Numbered from the stretch's first letter, positions 1-9,121 are shown. The stretch is DNA of 64,000 nucleotides from Parcubacteria group bacterium (GCA_016181765.1 JACOYR010000006.1:31664-95663), one strand, 5' to 3'. A program made the numbers and translations. The notes: a model not told the origin generated them from the sequence alone.

Positions 1-466
1 TGATCTGGACCTTGGTGACATTCACGCCCTGGGATGCCAAAAGACGCGCAAATGACATGCCAAGCACGTTGTTTCGCACGTGCCCCAAGTGCAGAGGCTT
101 ATTGGTGTTGGGGGATGAATACTCAAGCAGCAGCTTGTGCGCGCTCCCGCGTGATTCGCCGTAGCGCTTGTCTTGTTTGATAACCTCTGACACTGCCTCC
201 TGCGCGAGCACCTTGCCCGCAACCGTGATGTTCAAATATCCGGCCACTGCTTCCGCCTTGGTGATTGCCTGGTGTTTGATTGCGGCCGCGAGCTGGGCCG
301 CAACATCCTGCGGAGATTTCTTCAGTTCCTTTGCATACCCATGGCACGCAACGCTAAAATCCCCGAACCCTGGATCTGGGTTCGCCAAAATAATCTCATC
401 CGGCTCCCAGATGAAAACAGCCTTGAACGCTCTCCGAATTTCTTGAGTAATGGCGCCTGTAATCAT
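1..466 (-). CDS. argS: arginyl-tRNA synthetase, N-terminal part (gene continues beyond window start)
   Basis: Reverse-strand translation from ATG at 464-466 reads MITGAITQEIRRAFKAVFIWEPDEIILANPDPGFGDFSVACHGYAKELKK...PLHLGHVRNNVLG with no stops to position 1; ArgS N-domain pattern and class I HIGH-type motif (HLGH). Confidence 0.85.
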   Translation of the reverse strand, partial: MITGAITQEIRRAFKAVFIWEPDEIILANPDPGFGDFSVACHGYAKELKKSPQDVAAQLAAAIKHQAITKAEAVAGYLNITVAGKVLAQEAVSEVIKQDKRYGESRGSAHKLLLEYSSPNTNKPLHLGHVRNNVLGMSFARLLASQGVNVTKVQI

Positions 467-526
467 ACCGAAAAACTACCACAAAATCGGAAAAAACGCG
501 AGAGTATGGTATACTGGTACGCGGAT

Positions 527-1780
527 ATGGCCAAACCCAACACAACCTATGCAACAATCCTGGGAGCGGCGCTTCTTGCGGCGTGCCTGCCGCTTGCTGC
601 GCGCGCGCAATCCGAAACCATTCTCTCACAGTACGTGCCAAAGCAGGCGCTCGCGCAGGGCTTCGCCATGCAAACGCCTGCGGGCGATGCCCGCGCCGCA
701 GTTGCGCCCGACACCATCACGCACGGCGCGTTCGCGGAGCTCATCGCACCGGAGTACTACCCCGCCCTGCCGCTTGATAAATCCCTCGTCTCGCGGGTCT
801 ACCACTACGCGCTCCTTCCGGCAAGCGGAAACAAGCTCTCTGCCGGCATTACGCTTGAGTTCTCCTACCCGGAAACCGAGGCGCGGTTCAAAGAAATCTA
901 CCTCTACAACCAGGAGCTTGGAAAGTGGCGGCACCTCGCCGGCACGATTGACCCGTTGATGCGCACCGTGGCCGCATCCACGGACTGGGCAAGCGGATTT
1001 ATTGCGGTGTTCGCGGACCACCTGGACCAGGGCGAGTACCTCAAGGAAAAGCTGGGAGCGCCAAGCATACTGGTGGCGGACGCCAAAACCGGAGAAGTGC
1101 TCCTGGAGCGCGCAAGTGGCGTAAAGCGGCCCATCGCGAGCCTCACCAAGCTCATGACTGCGACTGAATTTTTGGAACACAATCCGGGCTGGGACTCCCG
1201 CGTGGCAATGGTTGCTTCGGACGACACCATCCCCGCAAAAATTTACGCTCGGGCCGGAGACGTGTTTACGGCGCGCGATTTGTTCTATGCCACGCTCCTT
1301 AAAAGCGCAAACAACGCGGCGCGGGCGCTCGCGCGCTCAACCGGGCTTTCAAGCGGCGAATTCGTGGCAGGCATGAACGAGAAAGCCAAAGCCTTGGACA
1401 TGCAGGATACGTCGTTTTCGGAGCCAACCGGGCTCTCTGCTGAAAACGTCTCTACGGCGCAGGACCTCTACGCGCTCTCGCGGCACGTTTTCTCGGACAT
1501 ACTGTTCCTCAAGGCAACCACCCCTAAAGCGCTCACCATCGCAGCAGTAAACTCCGGCAAGCGGCACGTGCTGGAAAACACCAATAAAGCCATTGACGTT
1601 CCATACGTGGTCATCGGCTCCAAAACCGGCTACACCGTGGAAGCCGGGCGCAACGTGATCATGAAAGCGAGGAACAAGGCCGGGCGCGAGGTGATTGCCA
1701 TCACCCTGGGCGGAGCATCGCCGGGCGGCCAGTGGGACGACATGCGATTACTCTTGGATGCCGCGCTCGGCAACTTGTGA
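527..1780 (+). CDS. serine-type D-Ala-D-Ala carboxypeptidase (peptidase S11, PBP5-like); alternative start 506
   Basis: Signal peptide MAKPNTTYATILGAALLAACLPLAARA; SxxK (ASLTKLMT), SxN (KSANNAA) and KTG (GSKTGYT) active-site motifs; TATACT box at 511-516. Confidence 0.8.
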   Translation: MAKPNTTYATILGAALLAACLPLAARAQSETILSQYVPKQALAQGFAMQTPAGDARAAVAPDTITHGAFAELIAPEYYPALPLDKSLVSRVYHYALLPASGNKLSAGITLEFSYPETEARFKEIYLYNQELGKWRHLAGTIDPLMRTVAASTDWASGFIAVFADHLDQGEYLKEKLGAPSILVADAKTGEVLLERASGVKRPIASLTKLMTATEFLEHNPGWDSRVAMVASDDTIPAKIYARAGDVFTARDLFYATLLKSANNAARALARSTGLSSGEFVAGMNEKAKALDMQDTSFSEPTGLSAENVSTAQDLYALSRHVFSDILFLKATTPKALTIAAVNSGKRHVLENTNKAIDVPYVVIGSKTGYTVEAGRNVIMKARNKAGREVIAITLGGASPGGQWDDMRLLLDAALGNL

Positions 1781-1801
1781 TATACTGACAAAAAAGGGGG
1801 T

Positions 1802-2875
1802 ATGCCGACAGATATAAAAATACAAACAACCAGCTCGTTGGATGCGCTGTTCAAAACAGCGGTGGAGCAAAAAGCTTCTGATTTGCATTTGGTGGTGGGT
1901 CGCCCGCCCATCATCCGCGTGGACGGCGCGCTCAAAACCATAGGAGGGCAGCCAACGCTCGCCCAAGAACGCATGCAGGCGCTCCTGTTCGCCATTGTGA
2001 GCGAGCCGCAAAAACAAAAACTCCTGACCCAGCGCGATTTGGACATGTCGTATGAGATAGAGGGCCTGGCGCGCTTCCGCGTGAACATGCATTGGGAAAA
2101 GGGGAACCTCGGGCTTGTTGCGCGCGTGGTCACGCGCAGGATTCCTACCATGGAGGAGATTACCATGCCCAAGGCAGCCTACCAGCTCGCACGATTGAAT
2201 GACGGATTGATCCTCGTGACCGGGCCGACCGGCTGCGGCAAGTCAACCACTTTGGCGGCAATGATCAACTTGATCAATGCGGAGCGCAACGCGCATATCG
2301 TGACCTTGGAGGACCCCATTGAGTTCATTTTTGAGCCGACCGACTCCATCATCAAGCAACGCGAGCTCGGCAGCGATGTGCTCACGTTCGCCTCGGGCCT
2401 CAAGCACACCCTGCGCCAGGACCCGGACGTTATCATGGTGGGCGAGATGCGGGATTTGGAAACCATTGCCGCCACCATGACATTGGCGGAAACCGGGCAT
2501 TTGGTGCTCGCCACCCTGCACACCATCAACGCGGCCCAGACCGTGGACCGCATCATAGACGTGTTCCCGCCGTACCAGCAGGACCAGATCCGGGTGCAGC
2601 TCTCCATGTCTTTGCGCGGGGTCATCTCCCAGCGGCTCCTCGCCAAGCAAGGCGGCGGCCGCACCGCGTCCCGCGAAATTCTCATTAATAATTCGGCCGT
2701 TGCAAACCTGATCCGCGAGAACAAAATCGCGCAGATCAAAACTGTCATCCAAACCTCCGCGGAGCTCGGCATGGTCACCATGGACCAGGACATCAAACGG
2801 CTCTATAAGGCAGGAGCTATCTCCAAAGAAACTGCAACGAGCAACATGCTTGACCCGCGGACTCTTTCTACGTAA
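1802..2875 (+). CDS. pilT: twitching motility ATPase PilT (type IV pilus retraction)
   Basis: 357 aa; Walker A GPTGCGKSTT; PilT/GspE-like ATPase core; good SD aaggggg before ATG. Confidence 0.85.
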   Translation: MPTDIKIQTTSSLDALFKTAVEQKASDLHLVVGRPPIIRVDGALKTIGGQPTLAQERMQALLFAIVSEPQKQKLLTQRDLDMSYEIEGLARFRVNMHWEKGNLGLVARVVTRRIPTMEEITMPKAAYQLARLNDGLILVTGPTGCGKSTTLAAMINLINAERNAHIVTLEDPIEFIFEPTDSIIKQRELGSDVLTFASGLKHTLRQDPDVIMVGEMRDLETIAATMTLAETGHLVLATLHTINAAQTVDRIIDVFPPYQQDQIRVQLSMSLRGVISQRLLAKQGGGRTASREILINNSAVANLIRENKIAQIKTVIQTSAELGMVTMDQDIKRLYKAGAISKETATSNMLDPRTLST

Positions 2876-3828
2876 TGGAAACCGCCGCCCTACAATCCAT
2901 CCCCCTGTTTGCTGGCGTCTCCCCCGAGGAACTCGCGGCCGTGCAGGCGCTGTGTGAGCGCCGAGAGTACTCCCTGGGCCAAAGCATGTACCGCGCCGGA
3001 GAACTGAGCGAGCGCCTGTATGTGGTGGCTTCGGGCAGCGTGGTGGTCACCCACCAGCTGGATGGAGGCATAGTAACCCTGGCGCGATTAGGCGAGGGGT
3101 ACTTTTTCGGGGAGGCCGGGCTCCTCAAGGCAAGCCAGACCCACCAGAGCGAGGCGCGGGCCGAAACCGACAACACGGAAATCCTTTCTTTGAGTAGAAA
3201 AAACTTTTTGGCGCTTGAACAAGAACACCCGAAAGCCGCGCTTGGCATTGTCCAAAAAATCGCATCCGTGCTCTCGGAGCGCCTCACCGAAGACACCACG
3301 CGCATTGCCATCATCTCGGCCATCAGTGATTTAATTACCGACCCCAAGCATCTCAATAACATCAAGCTGCTGGCGAGCGAAATACTTGCCATAACCATAC
3401 GCGCCATTCCCAGCCACACCGCATTCCTCGGGCTGTACAAGCGCGAGGACCGGGAGCTTGTGGACATCGTTGCCGGCATCAACGTCACCCCAAAGCATTT
3501 GCCCATGACCCTGCCCATTGACAGCGACGCGTACCTGCACAAACTGCACACCGAGGACGGGGAACTGGCGGTCCCCTCGGGCCGATACGAAAAACAGAAA
3601 AAAGTCTTTTACGCAAAAAAGAACCTGCTCGGCCGCTCCATCAGCATTGAGGGCGAAAACATCGGCCTGCTCGTGCTCGCGGATAAGGCCCGCGGCGAAT
3701 TTTCCAACCAGAACCGCTTGATGCTCGCCATCATTGCGGGCCAGATCGCGTTTGCGCTGGAAGAAGCGCGCACCCGGCAGGAGAAGCGGGCGCAGGAAGA
3801 GCTCAAGCGCGAGTACGTGGGCATGTAG
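2875..3828 (+). CDS. cyclic-nucleotide-binding domain protein with C-terminal GAF-like domain
   Basis: N-terminal cNMP-binding signature (IPLFAGVSPEELAAV...GEGYFFGEAGLL); start ATG overlaps pilT stop (TAATG), translational coupling. Confidence 0.6.
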   Translation: METAALQSIPLFAGVSPEELAAVQALCERREYSLGQSMYRAGELSERLYVVASGSVVVTHQLDGGIVTLARLGEGYFFGEAGLLKASQTHQSEARAETDNTEILSLSRKNFLALEQEHPKAALGIVQKIASVLSERLTEDTTRIAIISAISDLITDPKHLNNIKLLASEILAITIRAIPSHTAFLGLYKREDRELVDIVAGINVTPKHLPMTLPIDSDAYLHKLHTEDGELAVPSGRYEKQKKVFYAKKNLLGRSISIEGENIGLLVLADKARGEFSNQNRLMLAIIAGQIAFALEEARTRQEKRAQEELKREYVGM

Positions 3829-3900
3829 CGGTTGATTTTTCTATTATGGTATGATACGGTATGATGTACTTTTGATGCGCGTACCCCTCTCCCCCGGCAC

Positions 3901-3977
3901 GCACCCTTAGCTCAGCGGATTAGAGCGACTGGCTTCGGACCAGTAGGTCGGGGGTTCGAATCCCTCAGGGTGCACCA
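3901..3977 (+). tRNA. tRNA-Arg (anticodon TCG)
   Basis: Cloverleaf: acceptor gcaccct/agggtgc, anticodon stem actgg/ccagt, loop cttcgga, T-loop ttcgaat, 3' CCA encoded. Confidence 0.85.
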
Positions 3978-3978
3978 C

Positions 3979-4053
3979 GCCCCCATAACTTAGTTGGTAA
4001 AGTAGCCGGCTCTTAACCGGAAGTCCTAGGTTCGAGTCCTAGTGGGGGCACCA
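3979..4053 (+). tRNA. tRNA-Lys (anticodon CTT)
   Basis: Acceptor gccccca/tgggggc, D-stem actt/aagt, anticodon loop ctcttaa, T-arm ctagg-ttcgagt-cctag, CCA encoded; 27:43 is a G.A mismatch. Confidence 0.75.
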
Positions 4054-4055
4054 AA

Positions 4056-4087
4056 AAACACCCGCCTTACCGGCGGGTGTTTTTTGA
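4056..4087. terminator. bidirectional rho-independent terminator
   Basis: aaaaaacacccgcc-ttac-cggcgggtgttttttg; A-run and T-run flank a 10-bp GC stem; serves tRNA pair (+) and HU gene (-). Confidence 0.6.
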
Positions 4088-4094
4088 TTTCAAA

Positions 4095-4460
4095 TTATTG
4101 GGCCGCGGGCGGGTTCTGCGGCTGTGAGGATGGCGCAGCAACAAGCGGCGAGCTCGCGCGGGGCGCCCCTTTGAGCGCGTCTTTCAGCGTCTTGCCTGCC
4201 TTGAACTTAGGGACAATGACCGTAGGAATTTTAATGCGCTCGCTCGGCTTCTGCGGGTTCACGCCCATGCGGCTCCCGCGCGTGCGCGAAATAAACGAAC
4301 CAAAGCCCGTAAGCACGGCTTCCTTGCCCGCGCGCATGGCGTCTATGACCACATGCACAAAAGCATCCATCACGTCTTCGGCCTCTTTCCGCGAAACATT
4401 GGCGCGGGACGCGATTTTCTCCAGCAGCTGATCTTTGTTGATTTTGTTTGGGTTAGCCAT
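4095..4460 (-). CDS. hup: HU family nucleoid protein with Pro/Ala-rich C-terminal extension
   Basis: MANPNKINKDQLLEKIASRANVSRKEAEDVMDAFVHVV...GFGSF...KIPTVIVPKFKAGKTLKDAL; ggag SD before ATG at 4460. Confidence 0.8.
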   Translation of the reverse strand: MANPNKINKDQLLEKIASRANVSRKEAEDVMDAFVHVVIDAMRAGKEAVLTGFGSFISRTRGSRMGVNPQKPSERIKIPTVIVPKFKAGKTLKDALKGAPRASSPLVAAPSSQPQNPPAAQ

Positions 4461-4511
4461 AATTCTAACTCCATTGTATACCAACCGGCCGCGCCTGGCA
4501 ACACGGGCGGC

Positions 4512-5309
4512 CTAGACCTCAACCTCCGCGTCCAAACGGACGATGGAGGAGGCTGTGCCGGTCTTTGCGTCCACCTCAAGCACCACGGCATTCACTTGCC
4601 CAACGCCGTGCTCGTCTATCTCGTGCTTGGCGGGCATCTGGTCCAGAAACTGCCGCACGCGGCTCTCCCGAGAATCGCCGATTACCGAATCCCGCATGCC
4701 GCACATGCCTGCGTCCGTGACGTATGCAGTGCCCTGCAAAAGGAGCCGCGCGTCTGCGGTCGGCACGTGCGAGTGCGTGCCAATGACCGCGGAGACCCTG
4801 CCATCCGCGTGCCAGCCGAATGCCTGCTTTTCGCTCGTTGCCTCGGCGTGAAAGTCAACGACCACGACCTTTACCTTGGATCCGATCTCGCCAAGAATCC
4901 TGTCCAGCGCCTCAAACGGAGAATTGCTCTGCGTGCGCACGAACACCTGCCCGATGAGGTTTATGATTGCGACTTTGGTGGTTCCAACCTCAATGGTGCG
5001 CCACCCCTGGCCCGGGGTGCGGCCGAGCCAATTGGCGGGACGGATGACGGGGTGTGTTTTGCCGGAGAACAGAATCATTCCATCGTCTTGGTCGGGCCAG
5101 TGGTTGCCGCTCGTAAAAAAATCAACCCCGGCCTTTTGCATCTCCTCAAATCCGGACATGCTAAAGCCTTTGCCGTGCGCCATGTTCTCGCCGTTTGCTA
5201 TCACCAAATCAAAATCATGCGCTACTTTCCACGCGGGCAATACTCGGGCCACGGCCCTGCGGCCGGGCTTGCCGTCTATGTCGCCTAAAAACAGTATTTT
5301 CATGCGCAT
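4512..5309 (-). CDS. ymdB: YmdB-like metallophosphoesterase (2',3'-cyclic-nucleotide phosphodiesterase family)
   Basis: MKILFLGDIDGKPGRRAV...VIANGENMAHGKG...GNHWPDQ...VDFHAEATSEK...GTHSHVPTADARLL typical of YmdB/TIGR00282. Confidence 0.8.
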   Translation of the reverse strand: MRMKILFLGDIDGKPGRRAVARVLPAWKVAHDFDLVIANGENMAHGKGFSMSGFEEMQKAGVDFFTSGNHWPDQDDGMILFSGKTHPVIRPANWLGRTPGQGWRTIEVGTTKVAIINLIGQVFVRTQSNSPFEALDRILGEIGSKVKVVVVDFHAEATSEKQAFGWHADGRVSAVIGTHSHVPTADARLLLQGTAYVTDAGMCGMRDSVIGDSRESRVRQFLDQMPAKHEIDEHGVGQVNAVVLEVDAKTGTASSIVRLDAEVEV

Positions 5310-5334
5310 GGAGTATACCAGATGAGCCGCAATT

Positions 5335-6981
5335 ATGCTAGACTCACCCTATGAAACACGCGCCCGCGCTCGCACTCGCCGCATTCCTGCTGGCGCTCTA
5401 GAGGACAGCGGAGAGTTTGTGGCGGCGAGCCACACGCTCTCCATCCCGCACCCGTCCGGGTATCCGACCTATCTTCTGACCGCAAAACTCGCCTCACTGG
5501 TTCCGTTTTTGCCTACGGTTGTTGAACGCGTCAATTTCGTGTCCGCCATCTGGACCATCGCGGCCGCGGTGCTCTTGTACTATGCCCTGGCAGGGCTGTT
5601 TGCGAGCCGCCTCATCGCCTCTTCGCTTGCGCTCCTCTTCGCCACAAGCCCAATGGTCTGGCAACAGGCAACCTATGCGGAAGTGTATTCATTGAACACG
5701 TTTTTTTTCGTCTTGTTGCTCTGGTCAGGGCTCTGCTACGTTAAACGTAAGACCAACAAACGGCTGTGCCTGTTTTTCTTTGTGTACGGATTAAGCCTCA
5801 CCAACCACTTTTTGCCGCTTGTTCTCTCGCCGCTCATTATCATCTGGCTCCTCAAGGAGCGTCCTTTGACCAAAAGCATAGTACTCTACCTCAAAGCATT
5901 CAGCGCATGGCTTCTCGGGCTTGTCCCTTATCTCTACATTCCCATCCGGAACCAGATGGACCCCGCATTCTCCTGGTTCGGCGGCAACGCGGAAAAAATC
6001 CTCACTTACAATATCGCCTACGGCTGGCGCCTGAACGAACACACGCTCTCGTACCTCGCTGACGTTGCGCACCAGATGAACATAAGTTTCGGGATGCTCG
6101 GCATTGCCGCATTTGTTGCCGGGATCGGAGTGATGGTGCGCTACCGGCATCCGGCGCGCTTCTGGCTCCTCGCGGTACTCGCCCTGCTCTCCATTGGATT
6201 GGTGATTGTTTTGACAAACGGCAGGCCCTACGCCGAGTTTGAGAGCCAGTTCTACCAGACGCTCTATGTCCCCTTTCTCCTTATGTCGCTCCTGCCTATT
6301 GGATGGCTCCTGCAACAATTAGCACAGAGCACGTATAGGCTCATCATCTTCTACACTACTCTGCTTGCGATTATGGCGTGGCCCGCAATTGACCTCGGCA
6401 ATCGGTTCCTAAAAAATGACCGTTCGGACTACGTGCTCATGGAAAATTACACGCGGGGACTGCTTGAATCACTCCCCGCAGACGGGACGCTGTACAGCCA
6501 CCATGACCACATTCTAAATGACACGCTGGTGTTTGGCCTGGCGTACCAGCAGTATGTGGCCGGAGTGCGGGATGATGTTGCCATTTATTCTCTGACGCCG
6601 GTATTCCCTCCGCCGGACGATTTTCCGCTTGGTGAAAATCGGAAACAAAACTATGAGCCAATACTCAAGCAGTACCTTGATGAGCGCTACGCCCCAGAAG
6701 ACGTCAGCGCCACGTTTCCGCAACCACGGGACGGCATCCCTGCCACGGCCCCGGAAAACTATGCCGCAGACAACTTGTACTTGCCGAGCGTGAATGACAG
6801 CCTCTACCACCGCTCCCTTGTGGCCAAGTACTACTATGACCTCGCCGCGTATACGTACTCCCGAAACAACCTCCCGAGCGGCCAGCGCTTCTTGGTGCAG
6901 GCCATTGAATATGATCCGGACCAGTTCAGCGATTACTACTACCAAACCTTAGCCATGCGCAGCTACTATTTTGACAATTGA
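5335..6981 (+). CDS. polytopic membrane protein, DUF2723/TMEM260-like (putative GT-C type glycosyltransferase)
   Basis: SHTLSIPHPSGYPTYLL motif near N-terminus followed by multiple hydrophobic segments; N-terminus may be incomplete. Confidence 0.55.
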   Translation: MLDSPYETRARARTRRIPAGALEDSGEFVAASHTLSIPHPSGYPTYLLTAKLASLVPFLPTVVERVNFVSAIWTIAAAVLLYYALAGLFASRLIASSLALLFATSPMVWQQATYAEVYSLNTFFFVLLLWSGLCYVKRKTNKRLCLFFFVYGLSLTNHFLPLVLSPLIIIWLLKERPLTKSIVLYLKAFSAWLLGLVPYLYIPIRNQMDPAFSWFGGNAEKILTYNIAYGWRLNEHTLSYLADVAHQMNISFGMLGIAAFVAGIGVMVRYRHPARFWLLAVLALLSIGLVIVLTNGRPYAEFESQFYQTLYVPFLLMSLLPIGWLLQQLAQSTYRLIIFYTTLLAIMAWPAIDLGNRFLKNDRSDYVLMENYTRGLLESLPADGTLYSHHDHILNDTLVFGLAYQQYVAGVRDDVAIYSLTPVFPPPDDFPLGENRKQNYEPILKQYLDERYAPEDVSATFPQPRDGIPATAPENYAADNLYLPSVNDSLYHRSLVAKYYYDLAAYTYSRNNLPSGQRFLVQAIEYDPDQFSDYYYQTLAMRSYYFDN

Positions 6982-7020
6982 CGGGATGGTAAGATGATAC
7001 TAAAATGGTTTTGTCTTTGC

Positions 7021-7147
7021 GGTTTCTCGCTTGGGCCCGAGCGTAGCGAGGGTTAAGCGAGAAACCGAGAGGAGTAGGCGGATGAAGGGTGGAGCGGGCG
7101 AGCGCAAGCTCGCACGCGCAACCCGCAATCCGACTACGACGAGACGA
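7021..7147 (+). ncRNA. candidate structured RNA element (copy A) immediately 5' of tRNA-Gly; unassigned family
   Basis: 10-bp hairpin ggtttctcgc/gcgagaaacc enclosing conserved loop ttgggc...gttaa; conserved gagaggagtaggcg and ccgactacgacga motifs; internal GCAA-tetraloop hairpin; family of 4 with covarying stems. Confidence 0.45.
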
Positions 7148-7221
7148 GCGGGTATCGTATAGTGGCAATACCACAGCTTTCCAAGCTGTTGCCGGGGGTT
7201 CGATTCCCCCTACCCGCTCCA
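7148..7221 (+). tRNA. tRNA-Gly (anticodon TCC)
   Basis: Acceptor gcgggta/tacccgc, anticodon stem acagc/gctgt, loop tttccaa, T-arm ggggg-ttcgatt-ccccc, CCA encoded. Confidence 0.9.
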
Positions 7222-7267
7222 GGATTCCATTGATTTCATCACTGATCTGTGATACATTTACCGCGTT

Positions 7268-7534
7268 ATGCAAACTGCAGTGCAAACATCCCCAACAGTG
7301 GCGGTGCCAAAAAAAATCCGTGAAAAAGGATTTGTAGTGTTGGGTTTGGACGAGTACGAGGCGCTGAAGAGCGCGGCAATCCCCACCTACCATCTTACCG
7401 GAGCCGCTGCGGAAGAATTGGACCGCGAGGTGGAACAGGCCCTCAAGGAAGACCGGGAAGGCAAGACAATAGAGGCTTCTTCAATACGTGAAGCAATGTC
7501 AGTCTATGATGCACAAGGAGGTATCAAGGATTAA
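7268..7534 (+). CDS. Phd/YefM-type antitoxin (putative)
   Basis: GFVVLGLDEYEALKSAAIP pattern; directly upstream of and overlapping a RelE-like toxin gene; imperfect palindrome atcactgatctgtgata at 7237-7253 as possible operator. Confidence 0.5.
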   Translation: MQTAVQTSPTVAVPKKIREKGFVVLGLDEYEALKSAAIPTYHLTGAAAEELDREVEQALKEDREGKTIEASSIREAMSVYDAQGGIKD

Positions 7535-7781
7535 ATACAGTCCGCAATTTTTACGATCAGCCAAAAAACTCCCCCGCCATATTCAGACAAAGCTGGAGGC
7601 GCGGGAGTTGATTTTTAAGAATAACGCTTTTGACACCCGTCTTGAAACGCATAAATTGCACGGCAAAAACCGCGAGGCCTGGGCATACTCCATAGATCAT
7701 AGTTATCGGGTTAAATTTTTATTCAACGACAACGGAAGTGTGTTGTACATCAAGGCCGGCACGCACGATGAGGTGTATTAA
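7509..7781 (+). CDS. RelE/ParE family toxin
   Basis: ...KLPRHIQTKLEARELIF...HKLHGKNREAWAYSIDHSYRVKFLFNDNGSVLYIKAGTHDEVY matches RelE/ParE fold signature; low GC. Confidence 0.7.
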   Translation: MHKEVSRIKYSPQFLRSAKKLPRHIQTKLEARELIFKNNAFDTRLETHKLHGKNREAWAYSIDHSYRVKFLFNDNGSVLYIKAGTHDEVY

Positions 7782-7850
7782 TTAAACGCACCCGCTCCAC
7801 AATAAAACTTTTTTTAAATTTGCCGACCATTTCGGTGACGGCGCGCCAAA

Positions 7851-8627
7851 ATGAAAACATCTTTTAATGAAAAACAGTTAGAAATTTTGACAGAGCTTGG
7901 ACTTAGTAAAATCCAGGCGATTTTGTATTTAACCTCGCTAAAACACGGAATATTATCTGTTTTGGAATTATCTAAAATCACCAAGATAAATAGACAACAA
8001 ATTTACTCAGAAGCAGAAAAATTAGTTGATCTTGGAATTTACGAGCTGACGCGGAAGCAAGGAAGAAAATATATCCCCGCAAATCCAGCGAAATTAGTAA
8101 AAGTTGGAAAGAAAAAAATTGATGAGACCGAAAAAATTTTAACAAAGTTGTCGGTAATCTTGCCTGAATTTGAGGCTTTTTCAGAACCAAAGAAAAATAA
8201 AGTTGTTGTGAAATATTTTCAGGGTTTGCCAAAAATTAAAGAAACGTATGAAGAAGAATTGGCGGCTTCTAAAAATACAGAAGTTTTATCTCTTGCCGGT
8301 TCAATTGACAATATTTTTGAATTTTTCACTGAATCATACTGGGATAAGTGGAATAAAAAATTTATAAAACATGACTCAAGAAGTCGGATGCTAGTCCACA
8401 ATTCTGATATTGCTCGCAAGACCGCCGAGGATGACAAACGATACAAACGAGAAACTCGGTGGCTTCAGGATTTTCCTCTTAAAGTAAATATTGATGTTTT
8501 CAATAATACTGTTCTTATTGTCTCTTTTCACGACGAAATTGCTATTTGGATTGAAAGCCATATGTTGGCACAATCCTATCGCATAATGTTTAATACTCTT
8601 TGGGAAGTCGCAAAACCCTTCAAATAA
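7851..8627 (+). CDS. TrmB-like HTH transcriptional regulator (low-GC)
   Basis: N-terminal winged-helix pattern LTELGLSKIQAILYLTSLKHGILSVLELSKITKINRQQIYSEAEKLVDLGIYE; about 33% GC versus about 60% flanks. Confidence 0.5.
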   Translation: MKTSFNEKQLEILTELGLSKIQAILYLTSLKHGILSVLELSKITKINRQQIYSEAEKLVDLGIYELTRKQGRKYIPANPAKLVKVGKKKIDETEKILTKLSVILPEFEAFSEPKKNKVVVKYFQGLPKIKETYEEELAASKNTEVLSLAGSIDNIFEFFTESYWDKWNKKFIKHDSRSRMLVHNSDIARKTAEDDKRYKRETRWLQDFPLKVNIDVFNNTVLIVSFHDEIAIWIESHMLAQSYRIMFNTLWEVAKPFK

Positions 8628-8791
8628 TAAAAATGTTGTAAAGAAACTTACAACTTTTATACCTTAAATTTCCTTGTATTTACTGACTTATTTGGCGCCT
8701 TCATGGCGTTTTTTCTTTTTTTATTACGCGAATTGGCTAATCGTGAAAAAATCATAGTGAGCAGTACAAACCGCAAACAAAGGAGATTGTT

Positions 8792-8992
8792 ATGCCGCCA
8801 AGTGGATTCAGTGAGAAAGCCGTGAAGGGCGCCCTTGTCTTCGTGCAAAGTTGTTACGAAGACCTGCTGGAGGAAGTTCGCTCCGGAAAGCACGCAAGCT
8901 ACGAGGAGGGTATCGAGTTCGAGATCACACAGATCGAGAAAGCCCTCATAAAGCTCCACATCGACGCCGAGGGGAACCTCGTCGAGCGATAA
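8792..8992 (+). CDS. small hypothetical protein (66 aa)
   Basis: Strong SD aaaggagattgtt before ATG; terminator-like hairpin plus T-run at about 9010-9045. Confidence 0.4.
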   Translation: MPPSGFSEKAVKGALVFVQSCYEDLLEEVRSGKHASYEEGIEFEITQIEKALIKLHIDAEGNLVER

Positions 8993-9121
8993 ATTCAACA
9001 GACCCGAGCAAGTCTTAAAACTGCTCTTTTTTATTTGTCTAAATTTTCATACGGGTTGGCGAGGTTTTATTGATGGACATGTTTAAGGTATGCTACCATA
9101 CATGCATAATCACAAACTCCT

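Noticed and set aside
168-446. Small ORFs at window start (22-222, 123-347, 168-446)
   Set aside because: They are entirely overlapped by the argS reading frame on the minus strand, which has clear family motifs
7081-7100. T-box-like AGGGTGG motif in element copy A
   Set aside because: Not conserved in copies B-D, and there is no downstream aminoacyl-tRNA synthetase or terminator/antiterminator pair
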